From positions 1-32,000 of the forward strand of contig JACPWU010000054.1 in the NCBI GenBank assembly GCA_016196885.1: a stretch of 32,000 bases of DNA, given 5' to 3'. The position numbers and the translations under genes were made by a program. A model generated the notes under the pieces. The model did no database searches. It was not told the DNA's origin and was given only the letters and a program-made list of their open reading frames with translations. This document shows positions 17,579 to 24,700 of the stretch, piece after piece (the first letter of the stretch is position 1; every line of letters starts with the position of its first letter). Origin of the DNA: Chlamydiota bacterium. GTDB taxonomy: Bacteria; Auribacterota; JACPWU01.

Positions 17579-17655
17579 CGAGTATAACAAAAATCAGAAC
17601 TCAGAAAAATTTAATTCCTTTTCGGGAGAGCGAGGAATCTTACGCTTGAGGGCAA

Positions 17656-17696
17656 GATTTATCAGTCGGGGTGTCCGATCTGACATCGGACACCCC
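17656..17696. repeat. Hairpin repeat copy (GATTTATCAGTCGGGG...hairpin)
   Basis: GATTTATCAGTC followed by the perfect hairpin GGGGTGTCCGAT-CTGAC-ATCGGACACCCC. The hairpin is the same as at 18653-18681. Confidence 0.65.
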
Positions 17697-17702
17697 TTTC
17701 AA

Positions 17703-17901
17703 GCAACAGTTTAGCTACCCCTCTCCCTCGAGGGAACTGAGGCGGTTTCTGGCGGGCGTTGGAGACGTCCGCGACCCGGTGGGCCGACGAATAGTCGGCC
17801 CGAGCGGACGGCTCCGTCGAGCGACAGGCCGCCGGTGGGCGGCCCGAGCGCCCCGTCAGAAACTGCCTCAGTTCCCGGGACTAAACTATTACCCTTTCAA
17901 A
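17703..17901. mobile_element. 199-bp GC-rich MITE-like element E3
   Basis: It is flanked flush by the 9-bp direct repeat CCCTTTCAA (17694-17702 and 17902-17910). Inverted arms are GGAACTGAGGCGGTTTCTG / CAGAAACTGCCTCAGTTCC plus AGTTTAG / CTAAACT. Internal hairpins are GGGCCGAC-GAATA-GTCGGCCC and GGCCGCC-GGTG-GGCGGCC. It is visibly much more GC-rich than its flanks. Confidence 0.65.
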
Positions 17902-17953
17902 TATCATAATATCAGCATTGCTACTGTTGATTTTTCATAATTTTAGCGATAGA

Positions 17954-18618
17954 ATGACTGATATGAACTTTCATCGAATTCTCGATCTTCAACAATTATT
18001 GAAAAAAAAGTCTTTTTTCCTTTTTCTCGATTTCTAAAAGCAGCGGCTCTTTCTGTAGGGCAACCCCTCAACCTGACACAGATTGGCAGTGACTGCCAAG
18101 TTCCTCCCTCTACAGTGAGAGAACATTATTCGATTCTTGAAGACACCTTGGTGGGTTTTTTTTTAGAGCCCTGGACACGATCTCAAAAAAGAAAAGCTGC
18201 TCAGACGGCTAAATTCTACTTCTTCGATTTGGGCGTTACACACACATTAACTGGAACAAAGACCCTGGATCGTAACTCGAACCTTTATGGGATGAGCTTT
18301 GAGCAGTTTATTGGGATGGAGCTACGCGCCTATTTAAGTTATCATAGACTCAAGGAACCCTTATCTTTTTGGCGTTCCCTTCATGGTTACGAAGTTGATT
18401 TCGTGATAGGAGACCATACAGCCATTGAGGTCAAGGCCACACAACGTGTTTCACAACACGACATGAAGGGCCTCAAAATGTTGAGAGAAGAGGCTGTTTT
18501 TAAAGAATATTATCTGGTAAGTCAAGATCCTATTGAGATAAAAAAAGAAGGGATGACTCTCATTTATTGGGAGAATTTTTTGAAGAGACTTTGGGAAGAC
18601 CAGGTGTTTTCAATTTGA
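17954..18618 (+). pseudogene. AAA_14/DUF4143-type ATPase with the AAA core deleted
   Basis: The N-terminal peptide MTDMNFHRILDLQQLLKKKSFFLF stops at 18033-18035. A second frame then continues FSRFLKAAALSVGQPLNLTQIGSDCQVPPSTVREHYSILEDTLVGFFLEPW... to the normal C-terminus at 18618. The P-loop domain that normally lies between these two parts is missing. Confidence 0.75.
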
Positions 18619-18640
18619 AGGAAATTTATTTAGGGGGCAA

Positions 18641-18696
18641 GATTTCTCAGTCGGGGTGTCCGATCTGACATCGGACACCCCTTCTTCGAAATGACA
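18641..18696. repeat. Hairpin repeat copy between convergent gene ends (possible terminator)
   Basis: GATTTCTCAGTC + GGGGTGTCCGAT-CTGAC-ATCGGACACCCC (18653-18681) + TTCTTCGAAATGACA. It sits between the stop of the ATPase pseudogene (18618) and the stop of the giant ORF (18704). Confidence 0.65.
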
Positions 18697-18703
18697 TGCT
18701 TTA

Positions 18704-21700
18704 TTACATCGAACGCTGTGCGGCTTCGTTTCTTTGGATCATCTTATCGAGTGTTCTTAATGGAAGTTCCAGGCTGGGATGTGTCTTGAGACTAATCCCA
18801 TTTTCAGGATTGTCAATCTCTGCCAGTAATGCGGCCTTCTTTTCAGGATCTGTTACCAATCTCTCAATCAGAGCCCTATAATCTTCAGGCGATTGAGCGG
18901 CCACCAACATCTGGGCTAAAGTGACCTGGGCATTACCCAAGACCAGGCGTTTACGGCATTCTGCATTTTCACCATACTCTTGGCTCTTCTCAAGAGATCC
19001 CAAAACAATAACATGTTCTAGATCTGACAACTCATCCGCTTGCAAAAAGTTCTCTAACGCATAGGAGGATGTTGGCCTGACCCTGTAACGATCCCTCAAA
19101 TCATCCAGGTTAAATCTCTTTTTTACTGGATCCATCTCGCCCTCGTGAGAGACAACGAAGGTCACATAAACCTCTTTAGGCAGTCTTTGCAAAATTTCGA
19201 GAAGCTCTAGGCCATCTTGTTCCATCACGAGACGCACATCGATTAAAATGTGAAAATTTTCTTTCGAGCTGATACCCTTCATAAATGGATCCTTCTTGAC
19301 AATGCTTGCTTTTACGTTCGCGATGTCTTGGACCCACGCCGCTTGCCTTCCGTCCACAATCAGGCCAGCCAAATCATCGGTGAGCTTAGCTGCTGCGGCA
19401 GAATCCATGCCCTTTGAGCGAATGCGAGCGTTTAAAGCTCCTCCCACAACTTCAAGAATACGACGGACGCTCCCACCTCCTTGTAAATAACGCGAACGAT
19501 ATTCTGGATCGTCCAGGAACTGATTTAGATCAAACGAACGACTCGGGCGATTTCGTTTTCCTGTTGTGCCTCTTCTCTGAGAAGAAGATTTCTTCCCTTC
19601 AGATCTTGGAAGCGCGGGGACAGGTAAATCAAAAACAAACTGAGCACTCGTCCACTCGTTCATCGTGATCCAATACTCAGCAAAGGAACTGCGGGTGGTT
19701 CCCAGATGGATGGGCTTGGATGCTGCCGGTGCGTCTCCCAAAGAGAGAAGCGTCCACAAATCTGCCGGTCTTTTTTCCCAAAATTTCAAGCGTTCTCGTC
19801 TGTTTTCTCTTCTGAACCGTTTCAGGGCTTCGTGAGGTCTCTCATTCAGAGCTAAAGAGGCTTCTCCCGAACTCAAAGGGTCTCGCGCAAGCAAGTTTTG
19901 CGCCATCAAATCGTAATAAACACCCCATGAATCAGGCCTGGAAAATCTGGCTCCCAAGATAGTCTCTACTTCTAGCTCTTGACGCACTTGGGCCTCTGTC
20001 GGATTTTCTGAAGGAGATTTCAAGAGAGAGATGAGATTGGGTCTGTCTTCGGGTGATTGAAGGAGGGCGATTAAAATCGCGAGACGTGTATAAGGCTCCT
20101 CTGGTCTAAGAGAGCCGCTTTTGATTTGTTCTTGGACTGCCTGAGAAAGCTTTTGTGAATAAAATCTTCTTACGAGGTTTTGATAAAGATCATCCTCCCC
20201 ATGAGTGGTCCCATATAAATCCATGGCCACGACAAGCCCCGCAGAAATCAAAACACTGGATTTGGGTGAGAAAGAAGCACTCAGCGTTTCGCTACTGGTC
20301 TCCGTTATTCTATAGCGAGGATGAAATAATCTATGGGTATCTCCATCCATCCTATCGAAGGTTGAAAGAATTTTTTTAATCATTTTTTGAGCTTCTTGAA
20401 ATGAAATCTTCTCCAAACGCTGACGCTGGGCGATCGTCAAGAGACTTAAGCCCAAGTCTTCTGAGGATATCTCAAGACCCACTCGCAGACCCGTCTCATT
20501 GAAGGAGGCATCAAACCAGGCTTTAAACTGCTCCCACCCCTTATCATATTCTTTGTTGCAATAAGCGACCTCTTTTGGAGAGAGTGGAGCGGGTGTTTCA
20601 ACGTGGTCAGTGGGTGCAGGGACAGGGGCTGCTTGTTCACTCTGCGCTGCTGGTGCTGTTGCTTCCTCGCGTGGTACAGCAGGAGGTGAAACCGCTGGGG
20701 CAGCAGGGACAGGGGGGGGTTCTGCAGGAGCTGCAGGTACAGGAACAGAAGGTAATACTGAACCTGTTGTTCCTACCCCTGCTGGACTGGGATCTAATAG
20801 ACGTCTGAGACCTAACCCTCTTGCGTCTTTATGTTCTCCTGTCCAAAATCTATTCCAGAACTGATCAGGTGTTGTGAATGCTTGTTGTGCACTGAAGAGC
20901 GCATCTGAGAGAGCCATGAACGTCCATAAGGGATCAGAAGGGGCGTATCCATTTCTTTTGAGGCGATCAAGCACCTCATCCCCTGCGAAACGTAATGCCA
21001 GGGCACTGTCTTGTGGCTTTGTCGCAAGCCAAGGGGTGGCTATTTGTTGATCGTACTCATCCCACCGAGCTTCGAGTCCGCTGAGTCTGAGAAGAAGATC
21101 TATTTCCAACTCTTGGCGCTGGACATCGTTTGGAGGGTTTGCTAGAGGGGGCCTCAATTGTGTAATCAGACCTAGGTCGAACTCGTCTGCTTGAAGAACA
21201 GCCAACAAAATGCAAAGACGTCCATAAGGCTCTTCGCCGAGATGGGGATTTGTTTTGAGTAACTCTAATGTAGCTGTGTGAAAGTCCATTGAATGAAACA
21301 GTTCTTTAAGAGCTTGATAAGTAGGATCTTTTGCATAACCTGGATCATTTTCCCTGAGAAACTCCATGGCAACGACAAGTCCATAAGCGGCTAAGCCATT
21401 GGACCTGACTGTAGCAAGAGCTCCTTCTTGTTTCACCCCTTCTATTACCATCGCAGTGGTACCTTTTTCTGCTGTCATGGTGTACACATCGTACAAAAGG
21501 CCGTTAGGGGCTTTTTCACTGAAGCTTAAATCGTCAACGATCCCCTGAATCATTTCTTTAGCTTCTTCTAAAGAAATGGCAAGTGTAGAATTGAGACTGG
21601 CTGGTTCCACAGAAAGAGCGTAAGCTTGTGTAATGGCTACAAGGTCTAAGCCAAGCGTCCCGGGCTTTACTGGATTACCTGCGTTGGTGACATGGGTTAC

Positions 21701-24700
21701 AGGATCGCGTGTAGTTTTAATAGATTGGATAACAGTTTCCCATCTTTTAGGAAGCTCAGTTCTAAAGAAGGCCAAATTCCCTTCGTTGAGGGTAACGCCC
21801 TGCGAAGTGGATTTTTTCTCAGGCTTTGGGCCTATTTCGACCCTTGCCCCTGGGGTTGTCCCTCGATCGGCTCTTTTTAGTTCGATAGCATGAGGTACAA
21901 GGGTCAAGTTAGCCGACCCTGTCCAGGCGGGACGAACTGTCAAAGGGTCATACGCGTCCAGGTTGCCGGCACCGATCTCGATGCTTGCCCTTCCGAGCCG
22001 AGGATGAACCCGAGAGTAACGCACGGACGCAGTCCCACGAAAGCGACCTCTTGAGGAGGCATCGCCGCCGACCGAAAGAAGCCATTCTCCTCCTAGTCCT
22101 ACGAGGGTGGCATTGGATTCGAAAAAGACGCGCACGCCTTGGGAAGGAGAAAAGGAATTTGTCAACCGGCCATGTTCTCCTGGAGATGAAATGGTGGCGA
22201 CAGTGTCCCAAGAAAATAGATCAACTACAGTACCTGCTTTCAAAGCCCAGGAAGCAAGAGGGCCTCTACTAGGTGAGTAATCCGCCATATTCAAATAAAG
22301 CCGAATGTCGGTGAGGGGTTCACCTACAGCGTTCAAGATTAAGGTATCTCCACTTTGAGTCCCCTCTAAATAATACCCCCCGCCTCCATAAAGTTCATCT
22401 AGAAAACCTCTTTGAAAGGCTGTGTCGGGATTTCCTGAATGGGCTGCCCACTGCTGAACAGCGGTTTGCAAAAGGGGATCCGGTAAAAAAGCAGTTTTCA
22501 AGTGAAACGTTATAGGTCCCCCTATTAGTTGAGCATGCAATGCGAGTGTGCTGGGGGGAAGAGGCGAACCGTAGACACGAAGAGGATTGACCGGTTGGTA
22601 AAATACGGCTGCGATAGGATCCAGACGGAACCAAGCGCCATTGATAATGGGATTCAGTCTAAACTCCGCCCCTCCTGAAGGGCGAATCATCCATGTTCCA
22701 TCAGGGGTGGCCAATGCTTGGATCCCGAGCCTTATCTTGGCTCGCCCAAAGGATCGAAGGCCATACACATAACCCATGTAAAGGGGATTGTTTTTATATA
22801 ATTCCCAAAGGGTCAAGTCTTGTGCTCTGAGATAGTTAGGATCGGCAAAGGCTTCCACTAAATCGGGGTCTACATAGGTATTGATCCGACCTCCTCCGCC
22901 AAGAAAGACCCAGTTTCCGTAGTTTGCTGATAAGTGGCCTGAATCTACCCCCAAGGTTCCGTATTGGAAGAAGGCAGAGGGGGTTATCTCTCTTGGTATT
23001 TCGGGGGCTGAAGAGACTGCAGGAGTAAGAGGCACTTCTGAAGCGGGTGGTGGTGTCACAGGTTCTGCTCCTTGAGCCAGGGCTAAATGGGACATGAAAA
23101 GCAGGGTCAGAGCAAGGACTGCTCGAGAGAATCTCGGCATGCGTTTTAGAAAACGAGAAGTTAAAGGAAGAATAGAAACGAGGGCAACAGGAATTGCAAA
23201 AATAGAATAGGAAGAATTAAAAGCAAGTAAAGATAAAGTAGCAAAGCCCAAAATACTGAAAAATGAAAATTTCAAAAATCTGAAATTCCAAAACTGAGTT
23301 CCCACTGGGCTTCCGTAACTGCCTCCTCTTGAGGATTCGCTCTTAGGTTTGGCTGATGAATCTTCAGCTTTGAGAGGGGCTTCGTCTGGGATTACATCAG
23401 CGGTGAGATTATCATAGACCACTGAACCACTGTCATAAGAACTCAAGAAACCTATTTGGTAAGGCCTATAGCCCGCAGGTGTTTGTACAATCTGTGTTGA
23501 TTTTAATTCATCATCTACATAAAAACGTACGGTATTGTTACCTTGATCGAGAGGATCCGGAACAATCTCCAACCTTACCTGATACGCAACATTGTATTGT
23601 AAATCCGATGGAACACCTTCATCAGGACCTCCTGAGTCTTCCACAGCGTAGTGTGTCGGATCAGCATAGAGATTGACATATTTCAAATTTGATACATTGG
23701 AAGGATCGGCATATACGACGACAAACGCACTCTGATTCGCGTTGTTGAAGGTAACTTGATATTCAAATTGAAAAGAACTATCTAGATCAATGAATCCTAA
23801 ATCATTTCGATTCATTGCCGCGGAATATCCGACTGTTGAAGAGTCTCCATCTTCTGTGACTGTAAGTGTACCGTCTGATGGAATGGACCAAGTAGTATTT
23901 CCATTATTACCGTTTTCATCATAGATCACTTCCCATCCTCCCCCCAATAAATCATCGAATGATTCATAGCCGTTAAAATCTTCTGAGTAAAAATGGGTGT
24001 CTGGGCCAGGAGTTGGGGTTACTTCAGTAGGCGTCGGAGTAACTTCAGGCGTTCCAGCAGGTGTTGGAGAAGCTTCAGGCGTTCCAGCGGGTGTTGGAGA
24101 AACTTCAGGCGTTCCAGCAGGCGTCGGAGAAGGTTCAGGCGTTGGTGTGACAACCACAGGCGTAGGGCTTGGAGCTTCACTAGGTTCAGGTGTCTGTGTA
24201 GCTGAAGGTGTAGGAGCTTCAGTAGAAGTAGGCGTCGGAGTAACCTCAGGTGTGGGACTTTCTCCAGCAGGTGTAGGAGAAACCCCGGGCGTCGGAGAAA
24301 CCTCAGGAGTCACAGCAGGCGTTGGAGAAACCTCTATCGGTGTGGGGGATCCACTGATGGGCAGGGGTGTAGCTCCTGGAAACTCTGTTTCAAAGCAACC
24401 CATGAAAGAAGCAAGACTCATTGCAATTAAGAGAACGATGCTCGCGGGGAGCACTCTTGAGAGCACACGCAAAAAACTCCCTCCTTGAGAAGGTGTAGAA
24501 GGTACTTCCTTCGGGAAGAGTCGATCGAGCACGTTCTCTAAGGGTTCCGTATATCCATCACGTATTAATACTCGGGTCAGATATCTCTCGGTTAAAGCAC
24601 GTCGGCTTTCATCGTTATCGTTCAACAATGCAAGAATTTCGTCAGCATTCTCAAACTCAGTGATGGTTAGAAATTGATTGAGATCAAGTGTGGGAAGTAC

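Noticed and set aside
17493-17940. ORFs 17493-17714 and 17671-17940 (Arg/Gly-rich).
   Set aside because: They are read-throughs of palindromic elements E2 and E3. Their composition reflects the GC-rich hairpins.
23997-24488. A 163-aa plus-strand ORF (G/V/S-rich), and other short ORFs antisense to the giant gene.
   Set aside because: It is the mirror image of the Pro/Thr-coding tandem repeats on the opposite strand. It has no start context, and its low-complexity composition is explained by the sense strand.
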